This document shows, piece by piece, positions 10,901 through 20,134 of a stretch of DNA of 64,000 nucleotides. Below the pieces are notes generated by a model that saw only the letters and a list, made by a program, of their open reading frames with translations, was not told the origin of the DNA and did not search any database. Numbering within the stretch: position 1 is the first letter of the stretch; every line of letters begins with the position of its first letter. The position numbers were made by a program, and so were the translations under genes. Location of the stretch: positions 32,001 to 96,000 of IMG/VR virus record IMGVR_UViG_3300028601_000022. One strand, given 5' to 3'. Origin of the DNA: a virus. Lineage: Duplodnaviria; Caudoviricetes.

Positions 10901-13141
10901 GCTTGGTTGCCTCCCCGTACTACATCCGCGCATCTGACGTATGTGAAGTACCCCTCTGAGGCTGAAGCGGCCGCGGGTGTAAAGACCAAGATATACTTCT
11001 TTGATATGGGAGCGGCGCGCACAGACTATTTGCGCCTTACCTACACAGAAGATGAAGACGGATTGTCGATTCCTGCTTACACAACCTTCGCTCTTCCCAA
11101 GAGCATGATATGCGGCAGGCTGATTGCTTACGCCAATGACAAGATTCTTATTACCCCTGGCGCTGCTGACACGGCTGCATACTACTTTACGCTCGAAATG
11201 TCCTCGGCTATCGCAGTCACTTATCCTGACTCCGGCATAATCCAGGACATCTTCGACATAACCAATACAATGAACCCGAACGAAACGGCGGACGGTGCAT
11301 ACCTGGTTACTCAGGGCGATGCAGCCTTCTTCTACGTTCTCGAACGCGATTCTCAAACGGGTGTGCCTACTTTTACACGGTACGCCAAGCGATTGGGTGT
11401 AAGCAGAAGGTTGTGGGCCCTGCCCAATGGTTCCAAGGGCGGCATACCCACGCTGCGCTTTGCTCTGGGTTGCAATATTGCGGCTGTCAGCACGGAGAGT
11501 TCGCCCGTTTCTATCATAGAGCGCGTGGGCGGAACAATCAATGCAACCAACCCCAACCCTATCAACTATACACTCGTCCGTGACTTCGGCACTGACGCTA
11601 ATGCCGCAGCCCGCGCTGACCTTGCAGTACCTGCAAAGGTGTGGGGTGAACCCCATTTGATTCCTGGAACCACGGATGCGGTTCGCTTTATGTCTACCTA
11701 TACGCAGCATGACGGTGATGCCCTCTCGCAGCACGGTGACTGCTCACTTCTTGGTTACAAGAACCAAGTGCCCGTCTACGGTGAAGCGCACTACGTCAAA
11801 AAGGACATTTCGCACCTTCCCCAGGAAATTGCAAACTCCGACCAGTACTGGTTTGAAGTAGGTCCCACGAAAGAAAAGGACGGCCTTATTACTACCCCCA
11901 CGAACTTTGGCGTGGCCTACCGCATGCAGGACCATTGGGAAGCATTCCCTACCGATACAGAGTATGCTGTGGGCAATGTCTTCCGCGGCGGCAACAAATG
12001 TCGGGTTTGGTTGTGCGGTCAGATTACGGATAACTACTACGGTTCTCCTATGCTGACCATGCTCATTGTGAATGAAGTGGTAACAACTACCGTTACAGGC
12101 CGCGTTCCTGGACAGTTCGTGCAGATGGGTTCTTTCAACCTTAAGGCTGCCGTGCTTGCAGGTGGTTCGCTTACAACGATGGGTTCACAGGGCGGCGCCG
12201 GCCATGCGTATGACTTCCGATTCCGCAAGCACCGCATATTCAGGCGGGATTTGTCGCGTGAACAGAACGTAGCAAACTGGTCTAGCAATGAAGCCCCCAC
12301 GGTCATTGACATGACGCGCAATCTGCCGTATGCAACCCTGGCCGCTGCTGACTACGGCGTAGCTCGTGGTGCTCCGGTGGTTCCTGTCATGCAAACAACG
12401 GCCCGTCAGCCTATGTATGCCTTGTATGAAAACCAGATTCTGCCTGGCATCTACGCTCGCCGCAACAACCAACTTGTTCCGAACTATCCTGGTGCTGAAT
12501 TGAACATTGTTCCTTACTTTGAATTTACGGACGAGAAGTGTTCGATGGTATTCAAGGACATTGACGGTACGGTACTCCCTGGGGTTACCCCGTTTACTGG
12601 CCAGGTAAGGGTAACAAACCAACGTCAGGGCTTGGATGCAAACACGGTGTTCATGTCCAGGGAAATCTACGATGCAGCATCCGGCGATGCCGTTGTTATG
12701 TGCTTCTACACCGAAGGTGGCGTTAGCAAGTACAAGGACATTGTGATTCCGAAGGCTCAGGAATATATTGAACAGGTGGTTCATCGTGGAAACACGATGG
12801 AGTTCTCCGGCCCCACAAAGAAGTGGGTGCTGGACTTGGCTACAGGCCTTGTAACCCGTGCAAGCACTCCGCCCTATTCGGTTGCTGCTGTGACTTTCGA
12901 TATGGGCATCGACCTCGCTTCCGCAAGACCGGATAACGGCTACAAGCTGTATGTCTATCTTCCGCAGAACTTGGTCATGGAATACCAGGGCGAAACGTAC
13001 TGGTCTGTTCCTCTTGCTGACCTCGTGCTGCGCGGGCAGACGGTGGCCGAGGACCTCACAGTTACCAACTCGGTTCGTGCAAACACGCTTGAAGTGAGCA
13101 CCATTCTCTTGCAGAGCAAGTACCCCAAAGTGAGCTACTAG
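7976..13141 (+). CDS. Giant tail fibre/receptor-binding protein (1721 aa)
   Basis: N-terminal WTVNNNVIALG..CVE...VRVGDG..KFLDLP (Mtd-N/hyaluronidase-N-like anchor); CBM5/12-like WTSGSAYSANSLVAYNGDIYAAK; coiled-coil RIAALEG; long beta-rich remainder. Confidence 0.75.
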   Translation: MNNCGPQVIKGTTAIWTVNNNVIALGVFCVEILTNNKIAVRVGDGVRKFLDLPVIATSESFSEVMTWTSGSAYSANSLVAYNGDIYAAKADIVASPVFDPTQWNTLTSTALVAEVASKLSKVEASRALLEDLQVQTSPTSVILKKHSYSLGTATASEADASIPLADGANAGAMPPSAFNQLNQNTARIAALEGRITVYLVPFTGFADPDAPTQLELTDAYQTAAGVDTIPFDGVTLVRESNVAETYRYYANADEWKKNATGSLSIAQNGALGIVQGDTEAGKIFMEADGTMSLVGYDVIVEGKTFPAAGLTTKDLASGLTLQKTAAVTRKDTHNGSQEEKDILELQVTEGGVMKQVGGLAVNGVRIDFDHKSLVIKTKGEDAFYQLTNGPYKITSANACVEMYGRLFIFDEAVPGKGIIRNADGTISEVTDLGIYCPSSTVNVIHVFDPDDKDVCFIINEATQSTTLCVYPDGSYKTCDFGTVGRTPQNISNIELLTSLNGERHSYYMRESHALNTAVNTALTEHILFQLEDCTFKILDATTKACDGGDETFVPGANFGDYRIFWEGHTDIDDIVPNSKNSLDMLYADNKIGNRRFPFKTGQWQTESGSVRRNKRMRAPHNGLYTFSKGAQILWGQFNTNLQAMLITPEGFIGWFECKDSLAKWFNKDFREFEIERGPYAGKRGIILYSIDGGIKTMVIVNSYDNDPAHTLCTGLHTNTTNLHHVSGKNPIADNFALKPNMVYTDGIRVYLGQDTKAVAASKRYFVYFNLSEMAPNTYNAGTDTWTRNFDCHCIDSLIDTTLTTLIFECNAWNTTYHCDFGTGSDGGTGTLVKGEGTVSMFLPLQEDTWDGADGIRPHFVRHPGDINVYASIGTGATGASYWMNPSRVAVNWNNHHIQCLCAPTPAAVTQALDFYYDAAAKRMVCRAINFASGKIHLPVVIDNKHMLLWPSDGTARCVALTWDSTAEDYTVIDGGAWLPPRTTSAHLTYVKYPSEAEAAAGVKTKIYFFDMGAARTDYLRLTYTEDEDGLSIPAYTTFALPKSMICGRLIAYANDKILITPGAADTAAYYFTLEMSSAIAVTYPDSGIIQDIFDITNTMNPNETADGAYLVTQGDAAFFYVLERDSQTGVPTFTRYAKRLGVSRRLWALPNGSKGGIPTLRFALGCNIAAVSTESSPVSIIERVGGTINATNPNPINYTLVRDFGTDANAAARADLAVPAKVWGEPHLIPGTTDAVRFMSTYTQHDGDALSQHGDCSLLGYKNQVPVYGEAHYVKKDISHLPQEIANSDQYWFEVGPTKEKDGLITTPTNFGVAYRMQDHWEAFPTDTEYAVGNVFRGGNKCRVWLCGQITDNYYGSPMLTMLIVNEVVTTTVTGRVPGQFVQMGSFNLKAAVLAGGSLTTMGSQGGAGHAYDFRFRKHRIFRRDLSREQNVANWSSNEAPTVIDMTRNLPYATLAAADYGVARGAPVVPVMQTTARQPMYALYENQILPGIYARRNNQLVPNYPGAELNIVPYFEFTDEKCSMVFKDIDGTVLPGVTPFTGQVRVTNQRQGLDANTVFMSREIYDAASGDAVVMCFYTEGGVSKYKDIVIPKAQEYIEQVVHRGNTMEFSGPTKKWVLDLATGLVTRASTPPYSVAAVTFDMGIDLASARPDNGYKLYVYLPQNLVMEYQGETYWSVPLADLVLRGQTVAEDLTVTNSVRANTLEVSTILLQSKYPKVSY

Positions 13142-13151
13142 CCGGCACAAT

Positions 13152-13190
13152 AGGGCTGCCTTGTATAATGCAGGGCAGCCCTTCTTGCTT
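13152..13190 (+). terminator. Stem-loop, putative intrinsic terminator or processing site
   Basis: AGGGCTGCC...GGCAGCCCT inverted repeat followed by TCTTGCTT. Confidence 0.55.
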
Positions 13191-13207
13191 TCACCAGGAG
13201 ATTCAAT

Positions 13208-13975
13208 ATGGCAAATATCAATTTGGTCAATCTCAATGACGCTGTTTATAGAATGCTCAATCCTGCGTGGCCTTGGAACGGCTTTGAGAGTACGGCCCTT
13301 AGCCCAGCCAACTTCAATGCCGTAAATTGTCCCTTGCTTCATAACCATGACCGAAGGGAAGTAGTAACCTATAAAGACTGGGTATCTATCCTTGCAGGCA
13401 ACCCGAATGTAACCAACACAACCTCAGATGCCGCTAGCCGCTGCCTTGCTCTTTGCGACTCTGCCCAGAGGGCAGGCCTGAAGCCGTGGGCTCGTACTTT
13501 CGGTAAGTTTGCAGGACCCGGCGGGAAGCCTCTTGCTGAGGTAAAACCCCTGGATGAAATGTTCTGGTACTACGATGCTTTGGACAGGCAGCTTCGTTAT
13601 ACCCTTAACAACGTAAACAACCCGTGCCGAGTAATGCACTGGTATCATAACAACGGATGGAAGTGGCGCTGGGCAGAAACTGGCATCACGGTAGAGCCAG
13701 GTGCTCGCGTAACCCTGCAGCCAGGCGTGTATGGTGCCAGTAGCATGGCCTACAGCAATGCTGGTACTGGCTTTAGTATAAATGACTCTACCGGGCCTAC
13801 CCCAGGCAGTTACCTCTTGCAGTATTCTGACCCTAACGGCGGGGTGTGGAGATACATGAACTCCATCTTTTTTGTGGACTCTCCAGTTGACATAGAAATC
13901 ATGTGGTCTGGCAGCGGTTCCCATGTCATGCAAGGCATCGTATTCCGCATTACGCCCCCAGGGTATTGGTGCTAA
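13208..13975 (+). CDS. Putative fibre-tip/adhesin protein, paralogue A
   Basis: AGGAG RBS; follows the giant fibre gene; shares identical blocks with the next gene. Confidence 0.65.
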   Translation: MANINLVNLNDAVYRMLNPAWPWNGFESTALSPANFNAVNCPLLHNHDRREVVTYKDWVSILAGNPNVTNTTSDAASRCLALCDSAQRAGLKPWARTFGKFAGPGGKPLAEVKPLDEMFWYYDALDRQLRYTLNNVNNPCRVMHWYHNNGWKWRWAETGITVEPGARVTLQPGVYGASSMAYSNAGTGFSINDSTGPTPGSYLLQYSDPNGGVWRYMNSIFFVDSPVDIEIMWSGSGSHVMQGIVFRITPPGYWC

Positions 13976-13984
13976 GGAGCTAAC

Positions 13985-14755
13985 ATGGCAAATATCAACT
14001 TGGTCAACTTGAATGATGCAGTCTACAGGATGCTTAATCCGGCTTTTGTTTGGACAAGCGGTGCCAATAATGCAAACCCGATGACCGAAGAGAACTTCAA
14101 CAAGATAAACTGCCCTCTTCTTCACAACCACGACCGCAGGGAAGTGGTGACCTATAAAGACTGGGTATCTATTCTTGCCGGTAACCCTGACGTTACCGAT
14201 ACCCGACCTAACAGGCGTAGCAGGTGTCTTGCATTGAGCGATACACCTGGATACTCTTATCTGAAACCTTGGGCTCGCACGTTCGGTAAGCCCGCCGGCC
14301 CAGGCGGAAAGCCCCTTGCCGAAGTAAAGCCGCTGGATGAAATGTTCTGGTACTACGATGCTTTGGACAGGTATATTGCATCTACCATAACCAATGTAAA
14401 GAACGCTTGCCGCGTCCTGTATTACTATTACCATACAACGAACGGTTGGTCGCCGCAGTGGGCGGAAGATGGGTCGAAAATATCCGATAATAAGACCTCG
14501 CAGCGCCTCGAGCCTGGTGTTTACGGTGCTTGCAGTTCTTCCTATTCCAGAGATACTGGGTTCGATATTTTTGACGAAACTGGGCCGACCCCTGGTGTCT
14601 TTCCGTTCCTTCGAGTAAATAATGGCGGCTCCTGGGGCTTTCAGAACTCCATCTTCTTTGTAGACTCTCCTGTAGAAATTCGGCCCTGGTGGGGCGGTGG
14701 TAGCCATTTTCAGGGTATGGTATTTCGCATTACACCTCCGGGATACTGGTGCTAA
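13985..14755 (+). CDS. Putative fibre-tip/adhesin protein, paralogue B
   Basis: AAGGAG RBS; same N-terminus (MANINLVNLNDAVYRMLNPA) and C-terminus (VFRITPPGYWC) as paralogue A. Confidence 0.65.
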   Translation: MANINLVNLNDAVYRMLNPAFVWTSGANNANPMTEENFNKINCPLLHNHDRREVVTYKDWVSILAGNPDVTDTRPNRRSRCLALSDTPGYSYLKPWARTFGKPAGPGGKPLAEVKPLDEMFWYYDALDRYIASTITNVKNACRVLYYYYHTTNGWSPQWAEDGSKISDNKTSQRLEPGVYGACSSSYSRDTGFDIFDETGPTPGVFPFLRVNNGGSWGFQNSIFFVDSPVEIRPWWGGGSHFQGMVFRITPPGYWC

Positions 14756-14757
14756 GC

Positions 14758-15042
14758 ATGGTAGCTCTATCCAAGTTGAAGGACCTATATCCTGAGGATT
14801 GGCCGGAGATTGCACGCCACTACAAGAAAATGATGAACTACACCTGCGAAGAGTGTGGTAAGAAGTACCCTAAGAACAGTAAGTGGCTGCATGTCCATCA
14901 TATAGTACCCCTGTCTAAAGGCGGCGATTGCGAAGATGATAACCTGCAACTCCTGTGTTTTTCATGCCATCGAAAGAAGCATAGTCACATGGGAGGGTCA
15001 GCTTCGTCTAAGAAGACCCGCTACTCAAAACCATTCAATTAG
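14758..15042 (+). CDS. HNH endonuclease
   Basis: CEEC...LHVHHIVPLSKGG...NLQLLCFSCHRKKH. Confidence 0.9.
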   Translation: MVALSKLKDLYPEDWPEIARHYKKMMNYTCEECGKKYPKNSKWLHVHHIVPLSKGGDCEDDNLQLLCFSCHRKKHSHMGGSASSKKTRYSKPFN

Positions 15043-15050
15043 AGGTCAAC

Positions 15051-16835
15051 ATGAATGACTTTTTGACACCTTCCGAAATAGACCTTGTTCTTTTCTTTCA
15101 GGAAGAGGACTTGGATTTGAAGCCGACTGTTACGGCTGGCGTAAAGGATGCCTTCATAGACAGCAAGGCTCGCCCTATTCTCACCTACCTGTGCTGCACT
15201 GTTCCTTCCCTGCTGAAGTCTGCCTACGGTGTATCGGCAGATAATAACCTGGAGAAGAAACTCATTGGCACAAAAGCCAAGTATGACGTTCTCCTTGAGG
15301 AGTTCCTCGAAGGCTTGGAAGCCCTTAAGGTATCGAACATTGAAGCACTGCGCAATGTTCTTCCGTATACAAAGTACCCGTTCGGGCCGAATGCCTGGTT
15401 GAAGATTGAAAAGGTATTGCAAACCAATCAGGCTAAGATAAAGAAGCAGCTTTCCGTTTCTGGCTGGAACTACTTGCAGCACCTGCGCAATATTATTGCA
15501 GGCGAGGAGCTCGACGAAGATGACCTTACCTTCATCCAAACGAAGGCCCGGTTCATTCCTGACAAGCTCCTTGCCCGATACTTGCAGAGCCTTGAAACTG
15601 ACCCGAGCCGCGATGATGCTGCAAAAAGCTTGCAGGTTGCCCAGAAGTCCGAGGCATCAATCACAAAGAAGTATTTCAAGACCGCAGAGCCTAAGGCTGC
15701 TGACCTCAAGGCTATGCAGGAAAAGTTTCCTGAAAAGTACAAGGAATGGAAGAAAGCTACCAATGCAACCAAGAAGGCCGCAAAGTCTGCTGTTGTGGAA
15801 GCCTTCAAAAAGAACGGGTACAGCCTCGTTGACGTGAAGGTAGCCAAGAATGTCCTAAAAGACCTTAGCATACCTAACCCTATCGACCCCGGGTTTGTTG
15901 GTAAGGTTGGTCTTGGTGACACAAAGGCCAAGATGTTCCTTTACTATACAAAGGATGGTAAACTCCTGGACTCTGTTGTAGGCCAGAATGTGAAGATGAA
16001 TCCGAAGTATACGAAGGACAATGATACCTACTACTGCACCCACATGCCTGCAATCAATAGCGGCATACCGGTTAAGGTGTACACTGCGGAGCATCGGAAG
16101 AAGTCGGCACAAAAGCTGCACAACGGGGCGCGAGAGTCTGTAAACGGACTTGAGGACTTGCGCTCAACTCTTGCTTCCGATATAAAGCCTATCCTCAACG
16201 GCAAGTTTAATAATGTGGATGCTCTTGCAGCCCTGGTAATTCGAGTCATTGACGAAACAGCCGGGCGCATAGGTAACCCTGGTTCAGAGAAGAAGGCCAA
16301 CACCTTTGGTATCCATAACCTCAAGGTGAAACATGCCAAGAAAAGCAAGGGCGGTTTCCTGCTGAAGTACATCGGCAAAAAAGGCGTACCGCAGTCACAT
16401 AAGGTAGAAGATGCTATTTCGGTAAAGGCCATCACCAAGTTGATTGCTGACCGTTCCGCCTCCCAATACATCTTTTCTCGTGACGGTGAGCGTCCCCTTA
16501 GCCCTACTACGGTAGGCATGTATCTTAAGGGTACGGGATTCGGCGGTTCTCCTCACCGCTTCCGTAAAATCTGGGCTAACAAGATTTTCAATGAGCTTGC
16601 TTTTAAGGATGCCAAGAAGAAAATGACCAAGGCGCAGGCCAAGGAAATCTTCGATAAAGCGGTATCAGCCGTGGCGGCAAAGCTGGGTCAGACAGAGAAT
16701 AACACCTCTATCCGCTCCTATATCGACCCGCTTCTGATGAAGAAGTTCTGGGATACGGTAGGCTTCCCCGCACCAGCCGTTGTCCTGCGCGTTATTGAAA
16801 ACATGGGACTGCAAGACCCGGACAGTGACGACTAA
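15051..16835 (+). CDS. Type IB DNA topoisomerase-like protein with a long N-terminal extension
   Basis: RIGN, FGIHNLKVKH, YIGKKG..H, HRFRKIWAN, LGQT and RSYIDP align with bacterial/viral TopIB catalytic motifs. Confidence 0.8.
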   Translation: MNDFLTPSEIDLVLFFQEEDLDLKPTVTAGVKDAFIDSKARPILTYLCCTVPSLLKSAYGVSADNNLEKKLIGTKAKYDVLLEEFLEGLEALKVSNIEALRNVLPYTKYPFGPNAWLKIEKVLQTNQAKIKKQLSVSGWNYLQHLRNIIAGEELDEDDLTFIQTKARFIPDKLLARYLQSLETDPSRDDAAKSLQVAQKSEASITKKYFKTAEPKAADLKAMQEKFPEKYKEWKKATNATKKAAKSAVVEAFKKNGYSLVDVKVAKNVLKDLSIPNPIDPGFVGKVGLGDTKAKMFLYYTKDGKLLDSVVGQNVKMNPKYTKDNDTYYCTHMPAINSGIPVKVYTAEHRKKSAQKLHNGARESVNGLEDLRSTLASDIKPILNGKFNNVDALAALVIRVIDETAGRIGNPGSEKKANTFGIHNLKVKHAKKSKGGFLLKYIGKKGVPQSHKVEDAISVKAITKLIADRSASQYIFSRDGERPLSPTTVGMYLKGTGFGGSPHRFRKIWANKIFNELAFKDAKKKMTKAQAKEIFDKAVSAVAAKLGQTENNTSIRSYIDPLLMKKFWDTVGFPAPAVVLRVIENMGLQDPDSDD

Positions 16836-16857
16836 CAGATAAACCCTGGAGGTAGCC

Positions 16858-17235
16858 GTGAAAGAGTATAGACTCCTAAGGTTTACTCCGAGGAGAACGC
16901 TTACTTACAACAACCGTTGGTGCCGGCACGTTCTCCCAAAGCATACCCTCTTCTTCATACCTGTTGAAGAGGAACAGGTGATGGCTTGGCTGAACTTTCT
17001 TTGCACGAAGCACCACAAGACGGCACTGTACATCCACACTATAGTCCTCAGGGCGCGCACGGTAAGCACCAGGGTTCTTACAGTGTGGAAAGGTGTTCCA
17101 CTGGTAGAAGTAATGATTCGGGACAGGGATTACCACAAACGAATGAAGCACGGAACACAAAGAGTTCTAAAGGGAGCCGTTAAGCCTCCCACTATCGTGC
17201 GCAAGTTTTTGCAAGAAATAAGGCTACATCGGTAA
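16858..17235 (+). CDS. Hypothetical protein
   Basis: GGAGG RBS before GTG start. Confidence 0.6.
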   Translation: MKEYRLLRFTPRRTLTYNNRWCRHVLPKHTLFFIPVEEEQVMAWLNFLCTKHHKTALYIHTIVLRARTVSTRVLTVWKGVPLVEVMIRDRDYHKRMKHGTQRVLKGAVKPPTIVRKFLQEIRLHR

Positions 17236-17250
17236 GAATCTATACGCGCT

Positions 17251-17336
17251 GGAAATGTGCGGAAAAGGAAGCTCCTATGATACCCCAGGATACACCACAG
17301 GGTACCCGTAGGAGCTTCTTTTTGGGCAAATTTTCG
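17251..17336. repeat. Intergenic palindromic element, copy 1
   Basis: GAAGCTCCTATGATACCCCAGGATACACCACAGGGTACCCGTAGGAGCTTC; near-identical core at 29441-29492. Confidence 0.85.
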
Positions 17337-17441
17337 TAAGACGTATCTTATTATACCCCAAAAATACCTTCATATAAAACAATAGGTTACATGATGCTCT
17401 TCCTGAGCCCTATTTTGCATGTATTTAGGGTAATTAGCCAC

Positions 17442-17476
17442 AAAAAAGCTGCCACAGTCAGAAGACCGGGCAGCTT
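17442..17476 (-). terminator. Intrinsic terminator of the minus-strand tail operon
   Basis: AAGCTGCC...GGCAGCTT stem with T6 tail on the minus strand, just after the stop at 17500. Confidence 0.7.
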
Positions 17477-17499
17477 AAACAAGCTAAACGCCGATGGAC

Positions 17500-17940
17500 T
17501 TACAGGTCCTTGGTAAGCTCAACGAGGGCAGTATCGTAGCCCGGGTAAGGGCGACCGTGCTTGCTGTTGGCCCAGGCGTCGCGCACAAGCTTGGTGCTAT
17601 TCTGGAGAGTCCAACCTTCAGGCATATTGTCATGCCCCATCACCTTATTGAACAGGAGAGCAATAGCAGCCTGCCCGTCTTTGCCTGTAAAGGAAGCGAC
17701 CGGCGTAGTCGGTTTAGCGGGTTTGGCAGCTTCGTGGGGCGTATCCAGGTCTTCAAGACCACCTTCGCTGGGCGTGCTGCCTTCAGCTGGCGCACCGTTC
17801 TGATTGCCTTCAGCAGGCGCATCGTTCTGGGTTTCGTCGGTTTCCGGGTTTTCCATGTTGGCCCATTCGGGCTGGTTTTCATCTAAGCCCGTGTTAGCTT
17901 CAGGCTGGCCCTTGGTGTCAGTCTTACGCGGTTTTGCCAT
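17500..17940 (-). CDS. Hypothetical protein with an acidic low-complexity N-terminal half
   Basis: GGAG RBS before MAKPRK. Confidence 0.7.
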   Translation of the reverse strand: MAKPRKTDTKGQPEANTGLDENQPEWANMENPETDETQNDAPAEGNQNGAPAEGSTPSEGGLEDLDTPHEAAKPAKPTTPVASFTGKDGQAAIALLFNKVMGHDNMPEGWTLQNSTKLVRDAWANSKHGRPYPGYDTALVELTKDL

Positions 17941-17967
17941 GTCAATCTCCATAGAAGTTTTTGTGCC

Positions 17968-18603
17968 TTACAGGACGTAGCGCAAATCACCTAAACGAAT
18001 GAAGGTAATAACAACGCCTGCAGGCAGTTCACAGTTGAACTTGACGGTAGTGCTAGTGGACGTAGGATCACCAACCTCGTACCACGAAGGGGTTCCCAAT
18101 TCATCCTCAGCCGTTCCCTGCTCAATATACACACCGTCAAAGAAAGCAATCATAGACTTTCGGCCAATGTCGTATTCCATTATTTGGAGCGGAGCTCGGG
18201 CAGGTGTAGTCTGCGCCATTACAAGCTTGTAAGGCTCGTAAGTTACATCCTGCTTTACGCCACCCGAGCCGTCTGCCGGGTCAATGATTTCCTGTATATT
18301 CTGCTTAATCGCAGCCGCAAAGGACTCCGAAATGTTAGCCGATGTATCAGAGTCCCGAACAGGCAGACCTTGGCTAGCTATGTACTTTGCTATGCCAACT
18401 ACCACAAGGGACAATTGACGGAGCATCTTGTTGTAGGAAAGGGGGTCTGCAATAGAGCCAGTCAAGGCCCCGTCCTGGCGAATTGCAGAGTCTATGAACT
18501 CCTGCAGGGAAGGAAGATTTTTGTTGCCAACCTCTCCGTCAGGCATCCATTCTTGCATCTCCTGAATGCTACTCGGAGTAAGGGCTTTTCTTATGGTAGC
18601 CAT
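17968..18603 (-). CDS. Tail-fibre-associated structural protein
   Basis: YNKMLRQLSL motif typical of fibre N-termini; C-terminal FDGV...YEVGDP..ST...F..ELPAG domain shared with 18614-20095. Confidence 0.6.
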   Translation of the reverse strand: MATIRKALTPSSIQEMQEWMPDGEVGNKNLPSLQEFIDSAIRQDGALTGSIADPLSYNKMLRQLSLVVVGIAKYIASQGLPVRDSDTSANISESFAAAIKQNIQEIIDPADGSGGVKQDVTYEPYKLVMAQTTPARAPLQIMEYDIGRKSMIAFFDGVYIEQGTAEDELGTPSWYEVGDPTSTSTTVKFNCELPAGVVITFIRLGDLRYVL

Positions 18604-18613
18604 TATGACCTCC

Positions 18614-20095
18614 CTAGCTCAAAGTGGTGATGGTCATTCCTGCCGGAATTTCATCCCAGAACATAAACTTGGTGCTCGGGTCACCTGCAACGCCTATTTC
18701 AGCGTATTGGCCTAGGGAGTCATTGGTGTCACTTTTCGTGCAAAGAACGCCGTCCAGCCACACGGCAAAAGATGACCCTACGGTGTATTCAGGAACAGTG
18801 AGAACCGTCTGCGCAGGAACGACCGTCCAAAACACTTGGTCAAGGCGCGTGCCCTGCAAGCCGCCGGCTGTTGTAGCGCGGGTACTTTGTACCGTTACCT
18901 TCCAGTCCTCGGTGATGGAGTCGTAATAGAAGCTATACAGACCATAGGGCTTGTCCATCGTGAAGTAGTTGGCGGAGTTCTGAATGGTATGACCGTTGCC
19001 ATTGACCTTCGGCGGATTCTTTTTGAAGTTGCCGTTGCAGTCGATGAACGTAACCCGGTCACCGGCCGCTGGTGCAGCCGGAAGGTTAAGGCCGTATACG
19101 GGCGGATTATCCTCAGTAACGCTGGGGTCACCGGTCTTGATGAAGATAACATCGCCTATTTTGGCCGTAGTTTCACCAGGGGTATTGATGATAACCGTGC
19201 CGTTCTTGCCGATGTATTCAGTGTACAGCAGGGTAGTCTTTGTTTCGTCGTAGGCGTGTTCAAGGTCTGCATAGAAACGACCGCCTACGTCCACGCACCA
19301 GCTCTTGTGGTTAGGCCAATAGAGGAAGCGAACGGATGCACCCTTTTGGTTAATGACGAATTGGGCTGTGCGCTTGTCAATCTTGTGGTCAACTGATACC
19401 ACAGAGATTTCCTTTCCTTTTGTATCGCACTTCCAACCTACGTCAACAACCTCAACGCGGGAGCCCTGGCGAAGACCAGTTCTAGGAAGCTGAATAACAA
19501 CAGGGCCACCGGAAGAGTCAACGAAAAGAGTCTGGCCTTCCGATGCGACGTAGTTGTTGAAAACAACCGTAGGCTTACCGACGCCTGTAGCCAGGGCAGA
19601 CAGGTCAGGGTGGGCATTTGGGTCGTTGTTATGGTCTTCAAGCTCTTGTGCCTGCGTGTATTTGAATACAAACAGGTCAGTGAGATTGAGGTTCTGAATG
19701 TTAATCAAAATACGGAGCTTGGTAGACCCGGAGGGGTCATAGGAAGCAACGCCGTCAATACCGCAGATGCCGAGCATAAACTCGGTACCATCCGTTGTTT
19801 CTGCCATAAGGTAGATTTCACGGATATACATGAGGTCTGCGGCAACGCCAGGCGGTATGGTGCAGAGGAACTCAATGGTTTCCGCGGACTGCACAATGCG
19901 GCCAGAAATTGGGGCCTCATACCAGGTATCAAACCTGTCCAGCGTGGTTCGCGTGATGGCAATTTCGCCAATCACGTCCGATATGCAGAACTTCGTAGGG
20001 TATATATGCCAGCCACCATTGCTGGCCATACGAATGCAGTTTGCAAGGCCCTCTGAAGTCAAAAGACCTTTAAGAACCGAAGGGCTATCAGCCAT
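18614..20095 (-). CDS. Baseplate-attached tail fibre protein
   Basis: LLTSEGL...IREIYL...HNNDPNAHPDL fibre-anchor motifs; two T4 gp34-like VDSSGGPVVIQLP/LNLPAAPAAGDRVTFID repeats. Confidence 0.75.
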   Translation of the reverse strand: MADSPSVLKGLLTSEGLANCIRMASNGGWHIYPTKFCISDVIGEIAITRTTLDRFDTWYEAPISGRIVQSAETIEFLCTIPPGVAADLMYIREIYLMAETTDGTEFMLGICGIDGVASYDPSGSTKLRILINIQNLNLTDLFVFKYTQAQELEDHNNDPNAHPDLSALATGVGKPTVVFNNYVASEGQTLFVDSSGGPVVIQLPRTGLRQGSRVEVVDVGWKCDTKGKEISVVSVDHKIDKRTAQFVINQKGASVRFLYWPNHKSWCVDVGGRFYADLEHAYDETKTTLLYTEYIGKNGTVIINTPGETTAKIGDVIFIKTGDPSVTEDNPPVYGLNLPAAPAAGDRVTFIDCNGNFKKNPPKVNGNGHTIQNSANYFTMDKPYGLYSFYYDSITEDWKVTVQSTRATTAGGLQGTRLDQVFWTVVPAQTVLTVPEYTVGSSFAVWLDGVLCTKSDTNDSLGQYAEIGVAGDPSTKFMFWDEIPAGMTITTLS

Positions 20096-20134
20096 GTTCG
20101 ACCTCCTCAATTATTAAGCAAAGCTCGAAGGAAC

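Noticed and set aside
13208-14755. Diversity-generating retroelement TR/VR pair
   Set aside because: Both copies are full ORFs with RBSs, differences include indels and all base types rather than adenines only, and no reverse transcriptase is in the window
8501-14815. Long minus-strand ORFs (548, 482, 387 and 463 aa)
   Set aside because: Antisense shadows of codon-biased plus-strand fibre genes; no motifs or RBS
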